From a candidate division WS6 bacterium GW2011_GWE2_33_157 (lineage in GTDB: Bacteria; Patescibacteriota; Dojkabacteria; SC72): a stretch of 41,417 nucleotides of DNA. Position numbers and translations under genes: made by a program. Each line of letters opens with the position of its first letter. The first letter of the stretch is position 1. The stretch is from contig LBOT01000001.1 in the NCBI GenBank assembly GCA_000989675.1, positions 1-41,417 of the forward strand, read 5' to 3'. Of the stretch, positions 9,925-18,185 are shown one piece after another. The notes under the pieces were generated by a model. It saw nothing but the letters and a program-made list of their open reading frames with translations. It had not been told where the DNA came from and made no database searches.

Positions 9925-10482
9925 TTATGTAACCTCCTCATTAACTATAAAAGTAACAGAAACCTCTAACTCATCATTAGTTTTAGAAATGTTAAACCTT
10001 ACATCAGAGTAATATGTATTGTTTTTAAGTGCGTCTTCATAGTTTTTCAAGGCAAGGAAATCTGTCGTTTTAATTGCAATACTAACCCTATCATTATTAA
10101 TAGACATACTCTCAACATTTAAACTAACAGGAATTGAACCCAATACTTCTGAAATCACATTTGAATTTATCTTCTGCTCAGTTCCAATAATCTTAATATC
10201 CGCTAATAGGTTCTGTAAATTCTCATATTTAATTGCACTTTGTTTCCATGTATCATTTTCTAAGACCTTAACCTGTGCATTTATTTCACCTGTTAAATCA
10301 TTGTTTTTACCATCCATAACTAACCTAAAAACAAATACTGCAAGTGCAATAACCTGAACAATAATGAGAAAAGTTTTCCCTACAGATGCAAACCAGTTTA
10401 CAGAAGTATATAAAATACCCTGAGAATCTGTTTCAGATTGTAGAAGATTTATAGATTTTGGATCTTTTTTTGTATTAAACAT
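9925..10482 (-). CDS. PilN-like fimbrial assembly protein
   Basis: N-terminal KSINLLQSE resembles the conserved PilN INLLP PilM-binding motif. A single TM (FLIIVQVIALAVFVFRLV) and a periplasmic domain follow. Start chosen at the internal ATG (MFNTKKD..); the ORF track extends to 10518. Confidence 0.5.
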   Translation of the reverse strand: MFNTKKDPKSINLLQSETDSQGILYTSVNWFASVGKTFLIIVQVIALAVFVFRLVMDGKNNDLTGEINAQVKVLENDTWKQSAIKYENLQNLLADIKIIGTEQKINSNVISEVLGSIPVSLNVESMSINNDRVSIAIKTTDFLALKNYEDALKNNTYYSDVRFNISKTNDELEVSVTFIVNEEVT

Positions 10483-10582
10483 TGGGCAGTAAATTGTCTT
10501 ACTGATAACAGTATACAAGTGTTTTCAAAAAGTTTCCATATAGATGAAGAAAATATATTCTGCTATAATAAATGCTGTAACT

Positions 10583-12322
10583 ATGAGCAATTCTATACAA
10601 CAAGAAAAAATCTTTGTCGGAGTATCATGGCCATACGCTAGTGGTAAGATTCATCTTGGACATCTCGCTGGTCAAAACATTGCATGTGATGTTTTCTCTA
10701 GATATCACAGATTAAAAGGAAACAAAGTTTTAATGGTATCAGGGAGTGACAGCCATGGAACACCAATCCTCTTCAAGGCAGAAGAGTTAGGAATAGAACC
10801 AGAACAGCTAATACAGCAATCACATCAGGAAATAGTAAATACATTCAAACAACTCTCCCTCATATATGACAACTACACTACAACAGCAACTGAGAATCAT
10901 AAGGAAGTTGTACAAAATATATTCTTAGTTCTTAAAGAAAAAGGATATCTTTACCCACAAAAATCTAAACAATATTTTGATGAAAAAGTTAATAAATTTC
11001 TACCAGACAGATATGTAAGAGGAACATGCCCAAATTGTGGTGCCGTAAACGCAAGAGGAGACGAATGTCCAGAGTGTGGTAAATTTCTCAAACCAGAAGA
11101 TTTAATAGATCCATTTAGTACACTTTCTGATACAACACCTATTTTAAAAGAAACAGAGCATTTCTATCTTGATTTAAAAAAATTACAACCACAACTCAGT
11201 AAATGGATTGATGAAACTAGTGTAAATTGGAGAAAATGGGTAAGAGAATTCTCAAAAGGATGGATAAGGGAAGGACTAGAACCAAGAGAGGTAACAAGGG
11301 ATATGAAATTTGGTATTCCTGTTCCAGTAGAAGGGTGGGAAGACAAGGTAATATACGTATGGATAGAGGCTGTTGTTGGGTATCTTTCTGCAGCGATTGA
11401 ATGGGCAGACAAGATAGGTAAACCAAGTGAATGGGAAGAGTATTGGAAAGATCCAAAGTGCAAACATTACTACTTCATAGCTGGTGGTAATACTCCGTTT
11501 CATACAATAATATGGCCTGCAGAGCTATTAGCTTACAGTGAAAAATATTCAGATGACACTCTTTGGGAGAAATATAAATTCCCAGGGGAAACAAAAAGAG
11601 AGAAACTAAATCTTCCATACAATGTACCTTCCAATAAAATGCTTCTGTATAAAGGAAAGAAAATGTCTAAGGGGGATGGTGTTGGTATGGATGCTGATTC
11701 TCTACTAGAGAAATATAATAGTGATTTAATTAGGTTCTTCTTCTTAAGGTATGCTCCAGAAAATCACGATAGAGAATTTGAATGGAAAGATTTAATAGAT
11801 TGTAATAACAATGAACTTGTTGCAAATATTGGTAATTTCATAAATAGAACTCTTACATTCACACAATCAAAATTTAACAGTGTTATACCAGAGGGAGTAT
11901 TAGATAAAGAAGTAGAAGAGAGTATTAGTAATGCATTTGAAACAATAGGTACACATATTGAAAAATGTGAATTTGTAAAAGCTAGCGAGGCATTACTTCA
12001 GTTTAGTAGCTTTGCTAATAAATACTTTAATGACAAAGCACCATGGGCATCATATAAGGAAGATCTTAAGGACTGTGGCAATACCATATACAACTCAATC
12101 CAACTTGTTAATACTCTAAGAATATTAATAAAGCCATTTATGCCTAAGAGTTCAATAGCTATTTCTAACATGTTAGGTCTAGAAGAGGAAAGTGATCCAA
12201 ATATAGAATTAGACTCAACTGGAGTTGTAAATACATACGAAAACAATTGGGAATTTAATGTAATAGAGTCTAACAAAACTCTGAACCAGAGTAAGATACT
12301 CTTTGAAAAAATATTAGAATAA
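10583..12322 (+). CDS. metG: Methionyl-tRNA synthetase
   Basis: HIGH-type motif KIHLGHLAG, zinc knuckle CPNCGAVNARGDECPECG, KMSKS motif KKMSKGDG. Start at ATG 10583 (MSNSIQQEKIFVG..) is preferred because a TATAAT sits at 10564-10569 inside the longer ORF-track version (10544). Confidence 0.9.
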   Translation: MSNSIQQEKIFVGVSWPYASGKIHLGHLAGQNIACDVFSRYHRLKGNKVLMVSGSDSHGTPILFKAEELGIEPEQLIQQSHQEIVNTFKQLSLIYDNYTTTATENHKEVVQNIFLVLKEKGYLYPQKSKQYFDEKVNKFLPDRYVRGTCPNCGAVNARGDECPECGKFLKPEDLIDPFSTLSDTTPILKETEHFYLDLKKLQPQLSKWIDETSVNWRKWVREFSKGWIREGLEPREVTRDMKFGIPVPVEGWEDKVIYVWIEAVVGYLSAAIEWADKIGKPSEWEEYWKDPKCKHYYFIAGGNTPFHTIIWPAELLAYSEKYSDDTLWEKYKFPGETKREKLNLPYNVPSNKMLLYKGKKMSKGDGVGMDADSLLEKYNSDLIRFFFLRYAPENHDREFEWKDLIDCNNNELVANIGNFINRTLTFTQSKFNSVIPEGVLDKEVEESISNAFETIGTHIEKCEFVKASEALLQFSSFANKYFNDKAPWASYKEDLKDCGNTIYNSIQLVNTLRILIKPFMPKSSIAISNMLGLEEESDPNIELDSTGVVNTYENNWEFNVIESNKTLNQSKILFEKILE

Positions 12323-12378
12323 AAAATATCCCTTTCCAAAAGGATTTCTTTTTGATATAAACAGCACAGGAGGTGGCC

Positions 12379-12510
12379 ATGAAAACCATTTATGATGTTG
12401 ACCCGTACGCGTCAGAAAAGAAGGGGAAACCTTCTTCTCGTTTTCTAAAGGAAGAAGAAAAAAGAAGACAGAAGAAACAGCATAACGGCGGAAGACCACG
12501 TCATAAGTGA
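12379..12510 (+). CDS. Candidate 43-aa highly basic small protein (MKTIYDVDPYASEKKGKPSSRFLKEEEKRRQKKQHNGGRPRHK)
   Basis: It is below the ORF-track length cutoff. A perfect AGGAGG lies 6 nt upstream of the ATG, it ends in a TGA stop, and a strong hairpin terminator starts 20 nt downstream. Confidence 0.4.
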   Translation: MKTIYDVDPYASEKKGKPSSRFLKEEEKRRQKKQHNGGRPRHK

Positions 12511-12529
12511 TGCTAGAAATAGTATCGCT

Positions 12530-12582
12530 GATGGAGAGAGTCCATTCTTTGACTTATGTCACAGACTCTCTCCATCGTTTTT
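12530..12582 (+). terminator. Rho-independent terminator (13-bp perfect stem followed by a T-run)
   Basis: GATGGAGAGAGTC (12530-12542) pairs with GACTCTCTCCATC (12564-12576) and is followed by gTTTTT. It sits between the convergent small ORF/metG and valS. Confidence 0.65.
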
Positions 12583-12591
12583 CCCCAATTC

Positions 12592-14874
12592 TTACTTTGA
12601 AATTTGTTTACTCATTAATATCCCCTCTGCAAGCTTTAACGCAACTAACTCTTGCCATACAGATTCTGTAATAAATGGTATAAATGGATGCATAATTTTG
12701 AGATTCTCTTTTAGAATAAGGAGTAACTCTGCTAGTTTTGCAATTCTAATTTCAGAACCAATCGCTTCGTCTTTTATCTCCCCCTTTATTTCTTCAATCC
12801 ATATATCACACAACTGATGCCAGAAAAATTCTCTAATAGCCTCTGCACCTAAGTTGAATTTGTAATTTTCTAGATATTTTGAAACTTTCTCTATATGATC
12901 TTTAGTTTTAATAACTCTTGGTAAATTACTATCTACTTCATACTTCGAAACCATATCTAATTCTGTTTCATCAATATTCATCAAGATAAACCTACTAGCA
13001 TTCCATATCTTGTTAACAAAGTTTCTGTTCCCCTTTATCTTTTCCTCTCGAACAGGGGCATTAGATCCTGGAAGAGCATCACTAAAATACCAAAGTCTTA
13101 AAGAGTCTGCTCCATACTTGTTAATAACATCAGAAGGCTCAACACCATTACCCTTAGATTTAGACATCTTAGAACCATCCTCTGCGAGTATTAAGCCGTG
13201 TAAAAATACCGTACTAAATGGTGTTTTCCCTGTTACATATATCCCTAGCATCATCATTCTTGCAACCCAGAAGAAGAGAATATCCCTCGCAGTTTCCATA
13301 ACTTGCGCAGGATAGAACTTTTTAAAATCTTCTCCTTCAATACCACCCAAAGTAGAGTATGGCCACTGACCAGAACTAAACCATGTATCAAACATATCCT
13401 GCTCTGCCTCCCATGTTACAGATGTGTCTGAAGGCATATTTTCTCCAATATATATTTCACCAGTACCATTTACTTCTAAACCTGTTTCTTTTGTATATTC
13501 TGATATATCCTTTCCCCTATTTTCTCTTAACCAGTCATGCAATTTTTTACCTCCACTATACCAAACTGGTATTCTTTGACCCCACCATAACTGTCTCGAT
13601 ATACACCAAGGTTGAATATTTTTAAGAAAGTGTTCTAATGCTCTTTGCTGTCCACTTGGTATAACTTTTGTATCCCCCTTTTCTAATGCTTTTAATGCTT
13701 CCTCTGCCAATGGTTTTACATTTACAAACCATTGGTTAGAAATGATAGGTTCAATAGGAGTATTACATCTCTCACACACAGCTATCTCATGTGTAATATT
13801 TTCTATCTTTGTTAGTAAGCCCAGTGCGTTTAACTCCTTTACTAAGGATTTAGAGCACTCAACAGTTCCCATTCCTAAAAATCTTTCTGGAACATTTCCG
13901 CTCATTTTCGCATCTTCATCAATTACATTAATAATTTCTAAGCTATGCCTTTGGCCCATTTCAAAGTCGATAGGGGAGTGGGCAGGTGTAACCTTTAATG
14001 CACCGGTTCCCAATTCCATATCAATCTCCTCATCTGCAATCACTGGAATCTCTCTGTTAGATATTGGAAGTAATACTTTCTTTCCTACAAACTCTTTATA
14101 CCTATCATCCATAGGGTTAACAGCAACAGCACTATCTCCCAGCATTGTTTCAGGTCTTGTTGTTGCAACTGTAATACCCTCAATTCCGAACTTCTCTTTT
14201 GCTCTTGCTCTGTCACTTTCATCTATAAATGGGTAAACAATATATGCGAAGATTCCTCTTCTTGCTTCATGTTCTGTATCGATATCTGCTAACGCAGTTT
14301 TACAATTAGGACACCAGTTGATTATCCTCTTATCCCTGTATATTAGCCCATCTTTAAACATTTTATAAAATGTCTCATACACAATCTTTGTTAATCTAGG
14401 ATCAAGCGTAAAAAACTCTCTTGAGTAATCTGCAGAAAGACCAATATTCTTTTCTTGCTCTCTAGCATTTTGGGCATTTTTCATTGAGAATTCATAACAC
14501 TGTTTGTAAAATTCCTCTCTACTCATAGACCATTTATCTATACCCCTTTCTTTCAATATCTTTGTGAATGAAGTTTCTGTTTGTATACCAGCATGGTCTT
14601 TTCCAGGAAGAAGTAGGGTAGGATGACCAGTCATTCTATTAAATCTACCCATTGCATCTTGAAACGAATAACCACACATATGACCAATATGCAAATTGGC
14701 ATTTGCATTAGGTGGAGGCAAAGGAATTGTAAAAGGTTTCTTAACAGCTATGTCCTTCTCTCTTAAATACGACTCCATTGTATCTGGATTGCTAAGTCCA
14801 GATTCCTCCCACATTCCATAGATTTCTTTCTCTTTGGAAACAGATTCGAAAGCTTTAGATATTTCTTTTTTCAT
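12592..14874 (-). CDS. valS: Valyl-tRNA synthetase (short form, 760 aa)
   Basis: PPPNANANLHIGH (HIGH), TTRPETMLGDSAVAVNP (ValRS editing-domain signature), KMSKSKGN (KMSKS). It is preceded by a T-box leader. Confidence 0.93.
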   Translation of the reverse strand: MKKEISKAFESVSKEKEIYGMWEESGLSNPDTMESYLREKDIAVKKPFTIPLPPPNANANLHIGHMCGYSFQDAMGRFNRMTGHPTLLLPGKDHAGIQTETSFTKILKERGIDKWSMSREEFYKQCYEFSMKNAQNAREQEKNIGLSADYSREFFTLDPRLTKIVYETFYKMFKDGLIYRDKRIINWCPNCKTALADIDTEHEARRGIFAYIVYPFIDESDRARAKEKFGIEGITVATTRPETMLGDSAVAVNPMDDRYKEFVGKKVLLPISNREIPVIADEEIDMELGTGALKVTPAHSPIDFEMGQRHSLEIINVIDEDAKMSGNVPERFLGMGTVECSKSLVKELNALGLLTKIENITHEIAVCERCNTPIEPIISNQWFVNVKPLAEEALKALEKGDTKVIPSGQQRALEHFLKNIQPWCISRQLWWGQRIPVWYSGGKKLHDWLRENRGKDISEYTKETGLEVNGTGEIYIGENMPSDTSVTWEAEQDMFDTWFSSGQWPYSTLGGIEGEDFKKFYPAQVMETARDILFFWVARMMMLGIYVTGKTPFSTVFLHGLILAEDGSKMSKSKGNGVEPSDVINKYGADSLRLWYFSDALPGSNAPVREEKIKGNRNFVNKIWNASRFILMNIDETELDMVSKYEVDSNLPRVIKTKDHIEKVSKYLENYKFNLGAEAIREFFWHQLCDIWIEEIKGEIKDEAIGSEIRIAKLAELLLILKENLKIMHPFIPFITESVWQELVALKLAEGILMSKQISK

Positions 14875-14894
14875 TCTATTAATTAGTATATATT

Positions 14895-15105
14895 AAAAAC
14901 GCCCTCACATTAAAATATATTCAATAGAAATATACTCTAATGTAAGGGCGAAATACGCGTTACCACCTTACTTCCTTAATATATCACTATATTAAGCTTT
15001 GTAACCACATTTATGGTCTCCATATTTACAGTATGGTCTGTTAGGTTCTACTCTCCAATTGGATTTCTTCCTAAACCTCCAGGATGACTAATCCTGTGCA
15101 AATGG
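14895..15105 (-). promoter_or_regulatory. T-box riboswitch leader controlling valS (antiterminator/terminator switch)
   Basis: Minus-strand RNA: GUAAGG-[UGGUAAC bulge]-GCG-uauuu-CGC-CCUUAC (14971..14942) is the canonical A1 helix / 7-nt UGGN bulge / A2 helix antiterminator. It holds the T-box sequence AAGGUGGUAACGCG. The competing terminator CGCCCUUACAUUA..UAAUGUGAGGGCG (14950..14900) is followed by UUUUU (14899..14895). Confidence 0.8.
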
Positions 15106-15111
15106 TTATTC

Positions 15112-15120
15112 ATTATACCA
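15112..15120 (-). promoter_or_regulatory. Extended -10 promoter (TGgTATAAT) for the valS T-box leader
   Basis: The minus strand reads TGGTATAAT at 15120..15112. It lies back-to-back with the RNase J promoter. Confidence 0.5.
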
Positions 15121-15151
15121 CTTATATAAAGGTATAAAAAAGGTATTATGA

Positions 15152-15157
15152 TATAAT
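15152..15157 (+). promoter_or_regulatory. -10 box TATAAT (ATGATATAAT) 7 nt upstream of the RNase J ATG; leaderless-type promoter
   Basis: ttATGATATAATcaaacatATG. No SD is present. Confidence 0.45.
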
Positions 15158-15164
15158 CAAACAT

Positions 15165-16862
15165 ATGAAAAACACAAACACACAAATTAGAAATAATGAA
15201 CTTAAACTATGTACACTTTCTGGAACATCTGAAATCGGAAGAAACTGTAATTTTATAGAACTTGGAGATGAAATAGTGATAGTAGATGCAGGATACTCAT
15301 TTCCTGGTCAAGAAATGTATGGAATAGATTACCTAATACCAAACTTCAAATATTTAAAGAAGAATAAACATAAGGTAAAAGCAATATTAATCACACATGG
15401 TCATTTAGATCATACAGGAGCACTAAGATGGATGCTTCCTGAATTAGATTTTCCTCCTGTATATGCTGGAGCATTTGCAAAAGCATTAATAGAGGCAAAA
15501 CTAGAAGAGTACGACGAGTTAAAAAACAAAACAAAGATATTTGGAGTAACAAGACATACAACTATTAATATTGGTAAGAATTTTAGAGCAACTTTCATTG
15601 GGATAAACCATAGTATACCTGATGCATTCTCAATATTTCTAGAATCTCCAGAGGGGAATGTCTTCTTTTCAGGAGACTATAAAATAGATACCCAACCGAC
15701 AAATGAATTAGAGGCTGATTATGAAAAACTAAAATCCTTAAGGGGAAAGATTGACTTAGCATTAATGGAGAGTACTAATGCAAGTAAAACAGGAAAGTCT
15801 CCTTCAGAAACAGAAGTCTATGAAAACTTAGAGAAGGTAATTGTAAAGACAGAAGGTAGAGTAATAGTTGCAGCTTTTGCATCTCTCCTTACTCGTTTGT
15901 ATTCACTTTTTGAAATAGCAAAAAGAACTAACAGAAAAATTGTAATATCTGGAAGAAGTTTAGAACAAACAATCTCAATTGCCAGTAACCAAGGATATAT
16001 TAAAATTCCAGAGGGCTTAATAGTAACAGAGAGAAGTATGCAGAAGTACAAAGATAACGAACTAATGATTCTATGTACTGGTAGTCAAGCTGAAAGATTT
16101 GCAGCCTTAAATAGAATATCTCTTAATGAACATAAATATATAAAGATAAAGCAAGGAGATCTAGTAATAATGTCTTCTTCTGAGATACCTGAGAATGTAA
16201 GTAGTATTGAGAAAATGACAGACAGATTAATAGCACTAGGTGCTGATTTACTTAAAGATACAATTGAAACAAAGATTCACTCAACAGGGCATGGTAATCA
16301 AGAAGACATGAAGATAATGTATGACTTGGTACAACCAAATACTGTAATGCCTATACACGGGCCACTAACCTTTAGATATTTCAATAAGAAGAACTATGTA
16401 GCATGGGGGATGAAAGATGAAGATGTTTTACTGACTGACGATGGACTTGTTTGGATATTCAATGGAAGAACATGGAGAAAAGGAAAACCTGTTGATGCAA
16501 AACCCATACTTATAGATGGTTTAGGAGTAGGGGATACTGGAGAAATAGTACTTAAAGATAGAAAACAACTCTCTGAATACGGTATGTTTATAATTGTTCT
16601 TAATATGAGTACTAAAACAAAGAGATTAATGGGAAGGCCACAATTTGTATCAAGGGGATTTATATATATGAAACAATCTCAAGAGATGTTAAAAGAGATT
16701 CAAACAATAATATATGATGTGCATAGAAGTTGGATTAAGACTTCTACAAACAGTAAGAAGTATAACTATCCAGACCTAAAAGAAAGGATAGAAAAAGAGG
16801 TTGGTAAATATATATACAAAAAAACAGAGAGAGAACCTATCATATTAATAGTGACTGTATAA
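15165..16862 (+). CDS. rnj: Ribonuclease J (metallo-beta-lactamase / beta-CASP RNase)
   Basis: ITHGHLDHTGAL (HxHxDH motif), FSGDYKID, beta-CASP region, and the HSTGHGNQEDM / MPIHG C-terminal motifs. Confidence 0.9.
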   Translation: MKNTNTQIRNNELKLCTLSGTSEIGRNCNFIELGDEIVIVDAGYSFPGQEMYGIDYLIPNFKYLKKNKHKVKAILITHGHLDHTGALRWMLPELDFPPVYAGAFAKALIEAKLEEYDELKNKTKIFGVTRHTTINIGKNFRATFIGINHSIPDAFSIFLESPEGNVFFSGDYKIDTQPTNELEADYEKLKSLRGKIDLALMESTNASKTGKSPSETEVYENLEKVIVKTEGRVIVAAFASLLTRLYSLFEIAKRTNRKIVISGRSLEQTISIASNQGYIKIPEGLIVTERSMQKYKDNELMILCTGSQAERFAALNRISLNEHKYIKIKQGDLVIMSSSEIPENVSSIEKMTDRLIALGADLLKDTIETKIHSTGHGNQEDMKIMYDLVQPNTVMPIHGPLTFRYFNKKNYVAWGMKDEDVLLTDDGLVWIFNGRTWRKGKPVDAKPILIDGLGVGDTGEIVLKDRKQLSEYGMFIIVLNMSTKTKRLMGRPQFVSRGFIYMKQSQEMLKEIQTIIYDVHRSWIKTSTNSKKYNYPDLKERIEKEVGKYIYKKTEREPIILIVTV

Positions 16863-16911
16863 GGTATCTGTTTTAATAAAGGAAAAAGTTTTTAGTAAAA
16901 CTTTTTAATGA

Positions 16912-16917
16912 TATAAT
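16912..16917 (+). promoter_or_regulatory. -10 box TATAAT (ATGATATAAT) 7 nt upstream of the ATG at 16925; leaderless-type promoter
   Basis: taATGATATAATtgcacatATG. It is preceded by an AT-rich 9-bp palindrome, aaaagtttt-tagt-aaaactttt (16885-16906). Confidence 0.45.
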
Positions 16918-16924
16918 TGCACAT

Positions 16925-18181
16925 ATGATTAAACTGCCTTTTCTAAAATCAGAAAGAGGGAACCTCTTAGATGGAACTACCCCCATTGTTGCACTAGATA
17001 TCGGAACTGAAACTGTAAAAAGTATCCTTTTTACAATGAACGAATATGGCGTTTCAGTAAACAGGGTATCAAGAATACAACAACAGCAACACGCTATGCG
17101 GAGTGGTATTATCACAAACTTAGATACCGTATTAGAGAATTGTAAATTAGCAATCAACCAACTTCTTAGTAATCTAAAACCTGAAGAGTATCCAAAGAAA
17201 GTAATAATGGGAATTGCTGGGGAGTATGTCCAAGGAGTTTCTATAGTTGTTAACTATGAAAGAGAACAAAATTTTGAGAAAGAAGTAACTAAAAAAGAGC
17301 AAGATAGAATAATAGCTCAAGTTAGATCCCAAATTGCAATGGGGGGAAAAGAAGATTTGAGTTTAAGAACGGGATTAAAGAATGAAGATATTGAAATATT
17401 ACATATTACTCCCACTGGATTAGAAATAGGAGGTATGCCAGTAAACACACTAGTTGGTTATAAAGGTAGAGATGTAAGACTTAATTTCTATGCATCGTTT
17501 GCTCCAAAGACATATACACAAGCACTAAGAAGAGTAGCTTCTTCATTGAATTTTGAAGTTTTAGGTATAGTATCTCAACCATTTGCAATTGCTAGGGCAC
17601 ACTCTGGAGGAGATCATACCAATTTCTCTGCCATCTTCATCGATATAGGAGGGGGAACTACGGATGTCGCCATTGTTAAAAATGGTAATGTAGCAGAAAC
17701 TCAAATGTTTGCTTTTGGTGGAAGAGTCTTTACAAAAGAATTAGCAAAATTAACAGATACAGATTTTAGACATGCCGAGCAAAGAAAAATTAAATATTCA
17801 GAAAAGGATCTTCCTAAAGAAGTATTAAGGCAGGTTCAAAGAACTATGTATTCTACAGCGACACTTTGGATGAGAACATTAAAGGTTGCTCTTGAAAGCT
17901 GTGAAGATATAGATTCACTACCAACTCAGTTATATCTTTGTGGTGGTGGTGCACTTTTACCAGATATTAAACAATCATTAATGGAATTCCCTTGGAAGAA
18001 ATATTTGCCGATAGCAGTTGTACCTAAAATTGATATGTTTACACCAAATCTTCTTGGTGCTGTTGTAGATAATAGTGGAGAACTAAGTAACTTGTATGAT
18101 ATTACACCTGCTTCACTAGCTAAATTCCTATACGATATGGAAATCGATAGGAAGAAGAGAAATATAAATTGGGAGGTATAA
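16925..18181 (+). CDS. Actin-like ATPase of the FtsA/PilM family
   Basis: Phosphate-1 VALDIGTETVK, phosphate-2 IFIDIGGGTTDVAIV, adenosine motif LYLCGGGALLP. The 418-aa length fits FtsA, but no ftsZ is adjacent and PilN/O-like genes elsewhere lack a PilM partner, so the assignment stays ambiguous. Confidence 0.7.
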   Translation: MIKLPFLKSERGNLLDGTTPIVALDIGTETVKSILFTMNEYGVSVNRVSRIQQQQHAMRSGIITNLDTVLENCKLAINQLLSNLKPEEYPKKVIMGIAGEYVQGVSIVVNYEREQNFEKEVTKKEQDRIIAQVRSQIAMGGKEDLSLRTGLKNEDIEILHITPTGLEIGGMPVNTLVGYKGRDVRLNFYASFAPKTYTQALRRVASSLNFEVLGIVSQPFAIARAHSGGDHTNFSAIFIDIGGGTTDVAIVKNGNVAETQMFAFGGRVFTKELAKLTDTDFRHAEQRKIKYSEKDLPKEVLRQVQRTMYSTATLWMRTLKVALESCEDIDSLPTQLYLCGGGALLPDIKQSLMEFPWKKYLPIAVVPKIDMFTPNLLGAVVDNSGELSNLYDITPASLAKFLYDMEIDRKKRNINWEV

Positions 18182-18185
18182 AGAA

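Noticed and set aside
12328-12356. Possible metG terminator (CCTTT-cca-AAAGG followed by a T-rich run)
   Set aside because: It has only a 5-bp AT-rich stem. It is too weak to call as a terminator, and it may allow read-through into the small ORF.
12314-12499. 61-aa minus-strand ORF in the metG/valS spacer
   Set aside because: It has no SD, shows an odd composition, and would run antisense to an SD-preceded plus-strand ORF with its own terminator. It also overlaps the metG stop. The plus-strand 43-aa ORF is the better explanation.
12361-12590. Possibility that the relatively GC-rich metG/valS spacer is an SRP RNA, 6S RNA or RNase P RNA
   Set aside because: I could not find the SRP domain IV motifs (GGAA/GNRA tetraloop flanked by the AGCA/GGAAG symmetric loop) or the RNase P P4 elements on either strand. 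Only a covariance-model scan could settle it.
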